A stretch of 64,000 nucleotides of DNA from Verrucomicrobiales bacterium (GTDB lineage: Bacteria; Verrucomicrobiota; Verrucomicrobiia; Methylacidiphilales; JAAUTS01), in the NCBI GenBank assembly GCA_031256975.1, contig JAIRPN010000015.1:152648-216647 (forward strand). Reading direction: 5' to 3'. Positions 1 through 10,075 of the stretch are shown piece by piece. The number at the start of each line of letters is the position of its first letter. Positions within the stretch are counted from its first letter, which is position 1. The notes under the pieces are model-generated. The model saw only the letters and a list, made by a program, of their open reading frames with translations. It made no database searches and was not told the DNA's origin. The translations under genes were made by a program, and so were the position numbers.

Positions 1-729
1 CCGGGACGCAACGGCGATGCCCGCGACTCGGTCAACGATGCCGATTGGCAAACATTGGCCGGAAACGTGCAGTTCGCCATTGTCGGCTGCCGCTTGTTCA
101 AGGACCCGGCGGGAGATTACCAAGGCGACCCCGACGGCTCGACGGCCAAAGTCATCAACCAAGCCGTCAACGCCCTCGCCGCCGCCAACGGCCATGAAGA
201 ATTAAAGGACCCGCCCCTGGCATTCTGGGGCCATTCCGCCGGCGCCAACACCGCCGAGCGTTACGCCAACTATTTCCCCAAGCGCGTCATTAGCGTCGTC
301 TGCATCAAGGGCACTTGGGGGCCGGGCGGCTGGGACAATGCCAAAAAGGAAATCCCCTGGCTGCTGTGCATCGGCAAAAACGACAAACCCGACTGGGTGA
401 AAGCGGCACTGGATAATTACAATATTGGGCAAAAAAACCGCGCCGACTGGGTCCTGGCCCTGAATCCCAAGGAAGGGCACGAGGCAGGCAAAACCAAGCC
501 ACTGGCCTTGGCGTTTCTCGAGGAAACCATCAATCTGCGGCTCGACGACAGCGACAGCTTCGCCGCCACGCCCAAAATCCGCCGGTTGCCCGCTAACAGT
601 GACTGGCTGGGCGACCCCGCGACGCTAAACACCGCCCCTGCCAACAGTTTCACCGGCAAACGCGCCACCGCCACCTGGCTTCCCGGCGAATCCACCGCCA
701 AGGCTTGGGCGGAATATCTCAAGGAATAA
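1..729 (+). CDS. alpha/beta-hydrolase-like protein, 5'-truncated by window edge
   Basis: Frame 1 is open from base 1 with no upstream stop, so the listed ORF 55..729 is probably only the 3' part. It contains GHSAG (G-x-S-x-G nucleophile elbow). Confidence 0.5.
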   Translation, partial: PGRNGDARDSVNDADWQTLAGNVQFAIVGCRLFKDPAGDYQGDPDGSTAKVINQAVNALAAANGHEELKDPPLAFWGHSAGANTAERYANYFPKRVISVVCIKGTWGPGGWDNAKKEIPWLLCIGKNDKPDWVKAALDNYNIGQKNRADWVLALNPKEGHEAGKTKPLALAFLEETINLRLDDSDSFAATPKIRRLPANSDWLGDPATLNTAPANSFTGKRATATWLPGESTAKAWAEYLKE

Positions 730-850
730 AAATATATGAATTTTAGGATCAACCCTCCTTTATTTCCATAAATGAAATTTGTCGTGAACTGAAAAACTTC
801 GGATGGCAAAATTCAAACAATAACCCGAGGAAAATACCGGGCAAACATCT

Positions 851-1777
851 ATGACCTCCCGCAAAGTCTTTTTCTTCCATATTCCCAAAACTGCCGGGAC
901 CTCACTGATTGCCGCACTGTCGGAACAATTTGCTTACCGCAGGATCTGTCCTTTCGCCCACCAGCAGGAACTAAACGGCCAGAATTTTGATGAATTTAAA
1001 AAATGGGATTTTTTCAAGGGACACCTATCCCTGTCCATCCGCGAGTATCTGCCACAGCCCTTCGTATTCACCTTTTTAAGAGACCCGATCGAAAGAACAC
1101 TTTCGGAATACCACTACCTGACCAGTCAACAGTGGGAAGTGGAGGAGGAAATCAAAAACAAAAATTACCGCCCCAGGCCGGGGCATCCGTTTTACATGTA
1201 TCAGGGAATGGATTTCCTGGATTTGGTCAAAAAAAAACCCGCCTACATGAAGGAGCAATTTAATTTTCAGACCGGTTGCCTGGCAGATCTTGCATGGAAC
1301 AGCCAATCCTGGCTTCATGATGACGGGACAACTTCATTGAACAAGGCCCTTGACGAAATCCGGCGGCTGAATTTCGTCGGCTTGGTGGAACAAATGGAAA
1401 TTTCACGCATTTTGTTAAGCTGGCATCTGCAAATCCCCCCTCTTTGCTTCTCGCGGTTATTCAAGGTGAATCAGCACAAACCAGAAGGCGGATGGCAACA
1501 CCAATTCGCGAAGGTAAAACCAGAATTGGCACAACTGGCAGAACTGGATTACAAATTATATGCAGCAGCCAAAACACGCCTGAATAATGAGTGGGAAAAA
1601 TTCTGTAAAATAATAAACATCGACCCACGGAATGCGCCGGATGACGCAGGTTACGCGCAAATCAACACTTTCCTGAACCAACAGGCAAGGAAAGGCGCTT
1701 GGAAACATTCCGATCTGGCAAGCCGCTTGCGGCAATGGGAAAAAGCCATACGAACCTGCCGGAAGAAAATATGGTAA
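851..1777 (+). CDS. sulfotransferase family protein
   Basis: N-terminal FFHIPKTAGTS motif (PAPS-binding loop of the bacterial Sulfotransfer_2/3-type families). About half identical by eye to ORF 30009..30929. AT-richer than its neighbours. Confidence 0.7.
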   Translation: MTSRKVFFFHIPKTAGTSLIAALSEQFAYRRICPFAHQQELNGQNFDEFKKWDFFKGHLSLSIREYLPQPFVFTFLRDPIERTLSEYHYLTSQQWEVEEEIKNKNYRPRPGHPFYMYQGMDFLDLVKKKPAYMKEQFNFQTGCLADLAWNSQSWLHDDGTTSLNKALDEIRRLNFVGLVEQMEISRILLSWHLQIPPLCFSRLFKVNQHKPEGGWQHQFAKVKPELAQLAELDYKLYAAAKTRLNNEWEKFCKIINIDPRNAPDDAGYAQINTFLNQQARKGAWKHSDLASRLRQWEKAIRTCRKKIW

Positions 1778-1870
1778 AAATCCGTTGAATATCGGCAGCT
1801 GCTCATTCTCGATTCGTCATTAACACTTGATAATAATTGCCATCCGGTACCAGCCAATTATTATCCCAAT

Positions 1871-3160
1871 ATGAAACGCCTTCATCTGCTTGCCTGGTGT
1901 TGGCTGTTAGCGTCCGTCCTGCATGCCGCCTCAACGGCGACGCTAATTGCGCCATATGAAATCAAAAACGACAACCTGCAAATGACCCTGCCGAAAGGTT
2001 GCAAACTGGAAGTTGTCAGTGAAAAAGACGGCACACTCACCTGCATCATCGCCAACCAAGTCTTCCAAATCCCTGTCGACAAAACTGACTTTCAGCCAAT
2101 CGCAGCCGCAGATCCAAAATCCGCCAACAATCAACCGGAAGGCGCTGCCAAACCCGCTAACGACAAACCCTCAGCCACGTCCAAGCCAAGTTATTCCACC
2201 GCCACCAACCTCCTTGATCTTCCCGGGGCAACGCTAAATCCGAACGAACTGGCCTATTCCCTGCATTTCATGCATAACGACAAAAATGTTTGCTTCGCCG
2301 TGCCCAAAAATTACGACAAACACGCCGGCAACATTCCGGTCGGTATATATACCTACACGCTGGTCGACGGCACGGTGGCGGAGATTGAAATCATCACCGG
2401 CTGCCTGACCAAGGAACAAGCCGCCGCGATTGGCGAAGAATTGAAAACTCGATATCCCCTTGCCAAGGGAGAACAAATCACAGAATCCTTGAACCATGGA
2501 TTCCCGACGCTGTTTTGGTACGCGGCGGAAAAATCGGCGACGGAAAGATTGCTCGTGTCCTTCAACAATTTTATGCCGGATACCAAAAACCGGTTTCGCT
2601 ACAAACTCAAACTTTCCAACACGCGCGGCGCCGGACGGCTTAATGTTGAGGAGCCGGCGGATTATCTCGACTTGCAGTTTGCCATTAGCGTCCATGAAGT
2701 GCCGCGCGAATTGGCGCTGTCTTTGCAAAAAAGCCAGGCACTCCGGACCGACGCGGAAACCATCGATAAAATCATGCACCTGCGCAAACGCCTGGCGCTA
2801 AAGGCCGTCACCGAGACCAAGCCGAGTAAATGGCTGAGCGTGAGCCTGGGCAACAACGCACCGGAGGTATCGGCCAAAAAATTCTGCATTGCCAACGCCA
2901 AAAATGGCGACGACATGGCGGAAATTCATTGCATGACCGATTGGAGCGAACCGGAAAAAAATCTGTTGTGGATGGAAAACGCCTCCGTCTGGCTCGCTGC
3001 GTCGGACAAATCGAAATTCGCCCAGTCGCAATACATCAGCTTTTCCCCCGGCGTCCTGGAAATCGGCAGAACCACCGCCATACCCCTCGCCAGCTACATG
3101 GATGGCGGCTTATCCGCCGCTTATTTCCCCGTGGCACTAATTACACCGGAACGAAAATAG
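1871..3160 (+). CDS. secreted hypothetical protein
   Basis: 429-aa ORF with an N-terminal hydrophobic signal peptide (MKRLHLLAWCWLLASVLHAAS) and a low-complexity P/A/K/S linker. No recognisable catalytic motif. Confidence 0.6.
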   Translation: MKRLHLLAWCWLLASVLHAASTATLIAPYEIKNDNLQMTLPKGCKLEVVSEKDGTLTCIIANQVFQIPVDKTDFQPIAAADPKSANNQPEGAAKPANDKPSATSKPSYSTATNLLDLPGATLNPNELAYSLHFMHNDKNVCFAVPKNYDKHAGNIPVGIYTYTLVDGTVAEIEIITGCLTKEQAAAIGEELKTRYPLAKGEQITESLNHGFPTLFWYAAEKSATERLLVSFNNFMPDTKNRFRYKLKLSNTRGAGRLNVEEPADYLDLQFAISVHEVPRELALSLQKSQALRTDAETIDKIMHLRKRLALKAVTETKPSKWLSVSLGNNAPEVSAKKFCIANAKNGDDMAEIHCMTDWSEPEKNLLWMENASVWLAASDKSKFAQSQYISFSPGVLEIGRTTAIPLASYMDGGLSAAYFPVALITPERK

Positions 3161-3226
3161 CCCTAACTCACTGGTGCCAAGCCGGGGTTTTTACCAATCA
3201 CCTCTTTATCATAAAATTCACAACTG

Positions 3227-4585
3227 TCATAATTCCCTGATCTTCACGTTCCGAAACCACACTTCGTCGCCGTGGTCTTGCAGGAGAATATAACCCTCGG
3301 CGGCGTTGCCGAAATTGGGCCAGTTTTTGTATTTGCTGCCGGCAACCAGTTTACTCCAGGCATCGTTGTTGCGCTCGTATTCCAGCAGCTTCACGCCGTT
3401 GAGCCAGTGCTCGACGTGATTGCCATTCACGATGATCAATGCGGTGTTGAATTCCTTTTTCTTGAACGGCTTGGAATCCGGCGCGGGAATCAAATCATAC
3501 AACGCGCCGAGTTTGCGGTTGCCGTTCTTGCCGAGTTTGGCGTCGGGATGTTTTTCGTCGTCTAGAATTTGGAATTCGCAGCCGATTGCCGAGCCCGCGC
3601 CCTTGTTGAGTTCGGGATCGACGAAATATTTGACGCCGCTGTTAGCGCCCTCGGTGATTTTGAAATCCACTTTCAGCATGAAATTTTTGTACTTACGGTC
3701 GGTGATAATGTCGCCGCCGTTGGCGGATTCCTTGCCACCACTCTTCATGACTTTCAAAATACCATCGTCGATCACCCAGCCATGATCGGGGAATTTCCCG
3801 CTCTTCGCGCTGCGCCAGCCCGCATTGGTCTTGCCATCCCATAATAATTTCCAGCCTTCCTTTGCTTCGCGCGGCGAGATGGTGTTGGGAATGGCGTTGA
3901 CTTCCGGAACCTCGCTGTTAGCGGCACTGGCAAACTGTTGCACATCCGTCGTGCAAATGCGCAGGTTTTTCCAGCTGACCGTCTTGCCCTCGGCCTTGGC
4001 GTCGTCGTCGATGGCATGTACTTGCAACGCAATGAATCCGGAGGGCGTCTTGTCATCCCACAAATCGGCGCACGGGATGCCGTTCACCCAGGTGCGGATC
4101 GAAGAACCAATGGCTTCAATCCGGGCATGGTTCCATTCATTGTTCTTGAAGGCTTTCTGGGCGGGCGGGTTCACGGTTAGCGGGTAAAGCCAGCCGCGCC
4201 GCGCCTCGTCGTAAATGCCGCCGGTCCAGGCCCGTTTCGACGGGTCGATCTCAAACTGGTAACCATGCACGCGGCCTTTGTTATAATCGGGCAAACTCTC
4301 ACTGCGAATCTGCACGCCGGAGTTCAAACCGTCGTCCACCTTGAAATCAAATTCCAAAATAAAATCGTCGTAATTTTTCTCGGTCGCCAAAAAGGTGTTT
4401 GGCGTGTTCAGCTTGGAAATGCCGACAATGGCGTCGCCCTTGACCACGTATTCCGCCTCGCCGTTGAGCCGTTTCCAGCCTGACAAATCCTTGCCGTTGA
4501 ACAAGGGCTGCCACTGCGGCCCGGCCGCTAACAATGAGCTTGTTGACAATACAATGACCGCTAATGACGGGATGATTTTATTCAT
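3227..4585 (-). CDS. secreted protein with two DUF1080 (3-keto-disaccharide hydrolase-like) domains
   Basis: Signal peptide, then two repeats of the DUF1080 pattern ([11 protein letters not shown] ... [12 protein letters not shown], and a second [11 protein letters not shown] copy). Confidence 0.8.
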   Translation of the reverse strand: MNKIIPSLAVIVLSTSSLLAAGPQWQPLFNGKDLSGWKRLNGEAEYVVKGDAIVGISKLNTPNTFLATEKNYDDFILEFDFKVDDGLNSGVQIRSESLPDYNKGRVHGYQFEIDPSKRAWTGGIYDEARRGWLYPLTVNPPAQKAFKNNEWNHARIEAIGSSIRTWVNGIPCADLWDDKTPSGFIALQVHAIDDDAKAEGKTVSWKNLRICTTDVQQFASAANSEVPEVNAIPNTISPREAKEGWKLLWDGKTNAGWRSAKSGKFPDHGWVIDDGILKVMKSGGKESANGGDIITDRKYKNFMLKVDFKITEGANSGVKYFVDPELNKGAGSAIGCEFQILDDEKHPDAKLGKNGNRKLGALYDLIPAPDSKPFKKKEFNTALIIVNGNHVEHWLNGVKLLEYERNNDAWSKLVAGSKYKNWPNFGNAAEGYILLQDHGDEVWFRNVKIREL

Positions 4586-4611
4586 GGGAATGCTCCGTTG
4601 GATTGATTAAA

Positions 4612-6036
4612 TTAAAGTTTATAGTATTGCTCCCAGGCGCCGCGCGGCGGGATACCGGTCAGCATGGCGTCGGCAAAGGAATTATTGGTGATGCGCTTGC
4701 TGTTAGCGTCGAATTCCAAATCCACATTCAACCGCTGGGCGATCACACCGAGGCAAAACACCTGGCTCAACGGCCCGTTCAATTCGAACGGTGAACGGGT
4801 TTTTTCCTCGCCGCGCACGGCTTGCAAAAAATTGGCAAAATGATTGGAGGGGCTTTTCGGCACCTCAGGCAGTTTCGCCGCCATTTCCTTCGCCTTTTCC
4901 TCGGGAATGATGGTTAGCGGGCTGCCGTGGGTACCGCCCTTGAAAGTCAGGGATTTACTATAAATGATCTTGCCGGGATTCAACTTCGGCGGCGCGTCCT
5001 GTCCGCTAACATTGGTGCTTGGCACGTTCGCCGTTAGCGCCTCGCCGCCATAGCCCTCGGGCAGAGGCGGAAGATTATTCACCCCGTCATACCAGGTGAT
5101 ATCCAGCGGTGGCATCTCACCGCGGGCGGCAAACTTGAATTGGATGGTCGAGGCCATCGGAAAAAAATAATCGTTATGACCGTCAAGCTTGAGTGCCTTG
5201 ACTTGATAAGGCTGGCCAAGTTTCAGGAACTCGTGTACGGTGTCGAGCATGTGCGCACCCCAGTCGCCGAGCGCTCCCATGCCGAAATCATACCAGCAGC
5301 GCCAGTTGCCTTGGTGATATTTGCTGTTGAAATCGTGGAACGGTACGGCCGCTAACCACGAGTCCCAGTCGAGTGTTTCGGGTATCGGCTCCGCCTCGGG
5401 CAGGCGGCTGATGTTCACATCCCACTTGTGCCAGCGGCGCGGCACGTTCATGTGCGCGGTGACGGCAGTAACGTCCTTGATGATGCCGGCATCAAGCCAA
5501 GCCTTGAACTGGAAATAATTGGCCTCCGAATGCCCTTGATTGCCAACCTGCGTCACCACCTGGGGACGTTTCTTCGCCGCCTGGATGAGCAATTCCGCTT
5601 CGTGAAAGGTGCGGGTCATCGGCTTTTCCAAATAGATGTGCTTGCCCAACGCTAATGACAACATGGCAATCGGAAAATGCGCGTGGTCCGGCACCGCAAC
5701 GCTAACAGCATCGATTTGACCGCCCATTTCGTCAAACATCTTGCGGAAATCCTTAAATTGTTTCGCGTCGGGAAATGCCGCCATCATCTTCTGCGTTTGC
5801 CTGGCGCCCATGTCCACATCGCACAGAGCCACAATGTTGGCCAGTCCGGTCTTGGCAAACTCGGTGATGATTTGTTCGCCGCGATTGCCTATGCCGATGC
5901 AGGCCAGATTGACCTTGCCATTAGCGCTTGTGGCAACCGGTTCCTGCGCCAACGCCAACGGGGAAGTCGCCCGGTATAATGAATAACCCGCCGAGACCAA
6001 GCCGACGGTTTTAAGAAAATTTCTGCGGTCGAGCAT
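4612..6036 (-). CDS. Gfo/Idh/MocA family oxidoreductase with Tat signal
   Basis: Twin-arginine leader MLDRRNFLKTVGL when started at the internal ATG at 6036 (ORF track extends to 6075). Rossmann motif ACIGIGNRG. Paired with the DUF1080 gene downstream. Confidence 0.8.
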   Translation of the reverse strand: MLDRRNFLKTVGLVSAGYSLYRATSPLALAQEPVATSANGKVNLACIGIGNRGEQIITEFAKTGLANIVALCDVDMGARQTQKMMAAFPDAKQFKDFRKMFDEMGGQIDAVSVAVPDHAHFPIAMLSLALGKHIYLEKPMTRTFHEAELLIQAAKKRPQVVTQVGNQGHSEANYFQFKAWLDAGIIKDVTAVTAHMNVPRRWHKWDVNISRLPEAEPIPETLDWDSWLAAVPFHDFNSKYHQGNWRCWYDFGMGALGDWGAHMLDTVHEFLKLGQPYQVKALKLDGHNDYFFPMASTIQFKFAARGEMPPLDITWYDGVNNLPPLPEGYGGEALTANVPSTNVSGQDAPPKLNPGKIIYSKSLTFKGGTHGSPLTIIPEEKAKEMAAKLPEVPKSPSNHFANFLQAVRGEEKTRSPFELNGPLSQVFCLGVIAQRLNVDLEFDANSKRITNNSFADAMLTGIPPRGAWEQYYKL

Positions 6037-6135
6037 AACGTTTAATCGCCTGAAAGTTTCAATTGCGATCAACAACCATTACCTGCTCCAAAAAATTTGT
6101 CCATCCCCGATCTTGTGTTTGATTAATGCCGACTC

Positions 6136-6594
6136 ATGAGCGGCAAATCCGGAAAAATCGAGGCGCTGATCGCCAAGTACCAAAGCTTCGGCTGGCGGGC
6201 GAATTATCTCTGCTACTTCGATCTTTTCAACCGGCAGGAATATTACGACGCCCACGACGTGCTCGAGGAACTCTGGCTCAAGGACGGCAAACTCAGCATC
6301 AACTTCGCCTTCTACAAGGGCCTGATCCAGTGCACCGGCGCCTTCGTGCACATGCAAAAACATTACGCCGAGCCCTTGCACCGCGCCCACAGCCAGCGAT
6401 TGCGCCCCGCCTACCGGCTACTGCGGCTGTGCTGGCAGAACATGCAATTTTATCCCGACATCCACGAACAACTCGACCTACGCGACGTGCGCCGCCTGTG
6501 CGTGTTCTACGGGCACGAATTGCAAAAAAGCCAGTACCGTGAAAATCCCTGGTCGCCGATCGGCGCACCGCAACTGCATTTGCTGGCAAAGTAA
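6136..6594 (+). CDS. DUF309 domain protein
   Basis: FNRQEYYDAHDVLEELW motif, characteristic of DUF309. Confidence 0.65.
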   Translation: MSGKSGKIEALIAKYQSFGWRANYLCYFDLFNRQEYYDAHDVLEELWLKDGKLSINFAFYKGLIQCTGAFVHMQKHYAEPLHRAHSQRLRPAYRLLRLCWQNMQFYPDIHEQLDLRDVRRLCVFYGHELQKSQYRENPWSPIGAPQLHLLAK

Positions 6595-6714
6595 AGTTTG
6601 GTATACTACAAAACCCGCCATTAGCGTCCCGGCGACACACGCAATCCCGCTTATTCCTCATCAAATTTCAAAAATCGCCTTGCGGTTGGCGAGCTTTCCG
6701 AGAAAATAACCCGC

Positions 6715-7692
6715 GTGTCTGGATCAACATTTGGAAAACAATTGCAAATCTTCACCGGTTCCGCCAACAAGGAACTCGCGCAAGCCATCGCCGGTTTCGT
6801 CGGCGTGCGGCTCGGTGACGCCACAGTAACCTGCTTCCCCGATGGCGAAAGCTTCGTCAAGTTCGAGGACAACATTCGCGGCAACGATGTGTTCATCGTG
6901 CAGCCCACCTGCCCGCCCACCAACCATCATCTGATGGAACTTTTCATCATGATCGACGCCGCCAAGCGCGCCAGCGCCGCGCGCATCACCGCCGTCATCC
7001 CCTTCTTCGGCTACGCCCGCCAGGACCGCAAGGACCAGCCGCGTGTGCCGATCACCGCGAAACTCGTCGCTAACCTTCTTACCACCGCCGGAGCAGATCG
7101 CGTGCTAACCATGGACTTGCACGCCCAGCAAATCCAAGGTTTCTTCGACATCCCGGTCGATCACCTGTACGCCGCGCCGGTGTTTTATAAATACCTCTCG
7201 ACCAAAAAAGTCGAGAATCTCACCGTGGTCACCCCTGACGTCGGCGGCATGAAAATGGCCGTCGCCTATTCCCAGGTGCTCAACGCTGGTATCGCCATCG
7301 TCGCCAAACGCCGCATCAGCGCCACCGAAACCGAGGCGATCAATATCGTCGGCGAAGTCGAGGGCCGCGACATCCTGCTGGTCGACGACATGACCGAGAC
7401 TGCCGGCACGCTAACCTCGGCCGCGAAAATTCTCACCGCTAACGGCGCCAAGAGCATCTACGCCGCCGTCTCCCACGCCATCCTCAACGAAAAGGCCGAG
7501 GAGCGGTTGAAGAATTCCCCGATTCAGGAACTGATCACCACCAACAGCACCCCGGTGCAGCAGATCGAAGGCGTGAAGATCACCGTCCTTAGCGTTGCTG
7601 AATTGTTAGGCGAGGCGATCAAGCGCATCCACTACGGCGAATCCGTCTCCTCGCTGTTCAACGTCGGCAACGGCAAGCGCATGGGATTCTGA
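6715..7692 (+). CDS. prs: ribose-phosphate pyrophosphokinase
   Basis: Full-length match in pattern to PRPP synthetase (IFTGSANKELAQAIA, FGYARQDRK, DLHAQQIQGFF, PRPP-binding loop VDDMTETAGT). Confidence 0.95.
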   Translation: MSGSTFGKQLQIFTGSANKELAQAIAGFVGVRLGDATVTCFPDGESFVKFEDNIRGNDVFIVQPTCPPTNHHLMELFIMIDAAKRASAARITAVIPFFGYARQDRKDQPRVPITAKLVANLLTTAGADRVLTMDLHAQQIQGFFDIPVDHLYAAPVFYKYLSTKKVENLTVVTPDVGGMKMAVAYSQVLNAGIAIVAKRRISATETEAINIVGEVEGRDILLVDDMTETAGTLTSAAKILTANGAKSIYAAVSHAILNEKAEERLKNSPIQELITTNSTPVQQIEGVKITVLSVAELLGEAIKRIHYGESVSSLFNVGNGKRMGF

Positions 7693-7831
7693 TTGATTGG
7701 GGGGATGGACCGGAAACATAAATTGCCTTTTTTAGGAAAGGGCACGATCTGTTCCATGCCGGGTTCAGCGGACATCTTCAGCCTCTTGTTCCACTCAGGA
7801 AAATGAAGCCCAAGCCTCATATTCACTTCAA

Positions 7832-8779
7832 ATGTCATTCCGATTTGCCCTAGCGCTGCGCTACCAACAATGGCAGTCGCGCCGTCCGGTCACGTTCAAT
7901 GAGAAAGTGCGCTACAAGATGGCGCGCGACGGCAGCGCCTTGGCGACGCTGCTTAACGACAAAGCGCGTGTGAAAGAATATGTGCGCGAGCGCGTCGGCA
8001 GTGACGCACTGCCCGCATGTTATGGCATTTATGAACACGCGGCGCAAATAGATTGGGACGCCTTGCCGCGCGAATTCGCACTCAAGGTCAATCACGGTTC
8101 GGGCGGCGTCATCGTGGTTGCCGATGTCGCCAATGCCGGCGCTTTGCCGGTGCTGTCGCAAAAAAAATCGCTTCAATGGAGACGTTATGTCGTGCATCCC
8201 GACCGGTTTGAGAGAGCGCACGCCGGCAAACTGCTTGATGGCTGGCTGTGCCGGCGTTATGCGCAAAACCCGCGCAGGCCGATTGAACTTGCCTATCGCC
8301 ACATTCCGCCGCGCATCGTCGCCGAGGAATTTTTGCCTCACGTCACCAACGAACAACGCACGCTGCCGGCGCAGATCATGGTGCATTGCATCCACGGCGA
8401 ACCGGCGGAATATGTGCTCACACACCGCGCGGGTGACTTTGGCGAAACCGGCCAGCGCCGCTATCTTGTGGATGAATGGAATAACGGCTCGAGGGAATGG
8501 AACATCGCCGTGGACAGCGCACAGCAAATCACGCAACAATGCCGGCTGCTTTCACGCGGCACCGACATGGTGCGCGTGGACTGGCACTTGACGACGCGCG
8601 GCATTGTTTTCAACGAAATGACCAACTATCCCGCGGCCGGCACCATACCCTTCACCGGACATGCGTTTCTTGCGCCGCATGAACTCGACCGCAGGCTCGG
8701 CGCGCAGTGGCAGGTACCCGCCTCATATGCCGGAAACAAAGATACCGGATTGATTCAACCATCCCGGCATTTGAAATGA
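7832..8779 (+). CDS. ATP-grasp fold amidoligase family protein (TupA-like)
   Basis: N-terminal FNEKVRYKM...DKARVKEYV... and ALKVNHGSGGV pattern typical of TupA-like ATP-grasp proteins. GC-rich. Its stop overlaps the next gene's start (ATGA at 8776-8779). Confidence 0.6.
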   Translation: MSFRFALALRYQQWQSRRPVTFNEKVRYKMARDGSALATLLNDKARVKEYVRERVGSDALPACYGIYEHAAQIDWDALPREFALKVNHGSGGVIVVADVANAGALPVLSQKKSLQWRRYVVHPDRFERAHAGKLLDGWLCRRYAQNPRRPIELAYRHIPPRIVAEEFLPHVTNEQRTLPAQIMVHCIHGEPAEYVLTHRAGDFGETGQRRYLVDEWNNGSREWNIAVDSAQQITQQCRLLSRGTDMVRVDWHLTTRGIVFNEMTNYPAAGTIPFTGHAFLAPHELDRRLGAQWQVPASYAGNKDTGLIQPSRHLK

Positions 8780-10023
8780 AAAAATTGCTGCGCCTTGCCA
8801 TCGGCGCGCGCGCCGATTTCTCCATGCGTGTCGAGCTTATGGACATGCTCAACCAACGGCTTTGGCGGCGCACCGAAGGGCTGCTGGCGTGTTATCGCAG
8901 TTGTCGCACGCGCAAACTGCGATGCCAGTCGCTCATCGCCGTCACCGGCTCGCTCGGCAAAACCACCGCGACCCGCGCGCTCATGTGCGCGCTCAACCGG
9001 CAAACACCGGCCTGGATACACGAGGCCGACAACTGTTTCGCGCTCGTCGGCCTCAACATGCTGCGGCAATGTTTCCAGCCTTACGCCATCGTTGAAGTCG
9101 GCATCGGCAACGTCGGACAAATGGAACGCTACGCCAGGATGTTGCAACCGGACATCGTGGTGCTTACGGCGCTCGGCACCGATCATAGCAGGAATTTTGG
9201 CGACACGGGAAAACTCTGGCAGGAAAAACTGCGCCTGGTACAAAGCCTGCGCCCGGGCGGCGTTGCCGTGCTCAATGGCGACGACGAAAATGTGTTGCGT
9301 TTGGCGAAAGCCAGTGGCGGCATTAAAACGATTACCTACGGATTTTCAGCAAACTGCGATGTACACGCGAGGGATGTTGAAGTCACGCCAAATGGCACTT
9401 CATTTACCCTTGCAGGACGGCGCATACAAACCCGGCTCATTGGGAGCGAATCCGTGCGCGCGCTCCTTGTTGCCATCGCCGTTGGACGCCATGCCGGCAT
9501 TTCCTTGGATACCCTGCTCGAACGCCTCGCCACACTCACGCCGACACCGGGACGCATGCAGCCGATGTCCTTGGTCAACGGCGCCGTTGCAATATGCGAT
9601 GACTTCAAAGCCAGCGTTGAAACCGTGCGTGCCTCGCTTGCCGTGTTCGCGCAAATGCAAGCCGGACGCCGCATCGTCGTGCTCGGCGAAATCTTTCACC
9701 CGCCGCGCCCGCGCATCGCCAAATATCAGGACATCGCAAAACTCGCCGCTGAAACGGTCGGCCGCATCATCCTCATCGGCAAACGCGCGCAACTCTACAA
9801 GCGCGGCCTGGGTGATATACCGGTCAGTTCGGCAAACACCGTCGAAGAAGCCGCCGCGTTATTGCGCGCGGAACTGCAAGCCGGCGACGCGGTGTTGATC
9901 AAGGGGCGAGGCGAACACAAACTTTCACGCATCGCCCTTATGCTCGCCGGACGTAACGTGCAATGCCGCCTAGCCTTTTGCAAATACGAAAATGTGCTCT
10001 GCTCCGTTTGCCCAAAGCTATAA
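8776..10023 (+). CDS. Mur ligase family protein (MurF-like, lacking the N-terminal domain) with Cys-rich C-terminal tail
   Basis: P-loop AVTGSLGKTT, Mur-ligase middle and C-terminal domain pattern (LTALGTDH, PGRMQ, IKGRGEHKL). Start chosen at the ATG overlapping the upstream stop (ORF track start 8707). The tail is CRLAFCKYENVLCSVCPKL. Confidence 0.75.
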   Translation: MKKLLRLAIGARADFSMRVELMDMLNQRLWRRTEGLLACYRSCRTRKLRCQSLIAVTGSLGKTTATRALMCALNRQTPAWIHEADNCFALVGLNMLRQCFQPYAIVEVGIGNVGQMERYARMLQPDIVVLTALGTDHSRNFGDTGKLWQEKLRLVQSLRPGGVAVLNGDDENVLRLAKASGGIKTITYGFSANCDVHARDVEVTPNGTSFTLAGRRIQTRLIGSESVRALLVAIAVGRHAGISLDTLLERLATLTPTPGRMQPMSLVNGAVAICDDFKASVETVRASLAVFAQMQAGRRIVVLGEIFHPPRPRIAKYQDIAKLAAETVGRIILIGKRAQLYKRGLGDIPVSSANTVEEAAALLRAELQAGDAVLIKGRGEHKLSRIALMLAGRNVQCRLAFCKYENVLCSVCPKL

Positions 10024-10075
10024 GATTGACGATTTACGCCGCTGATGATGAACTTGCCATAAGCGGTTTTGCTGC

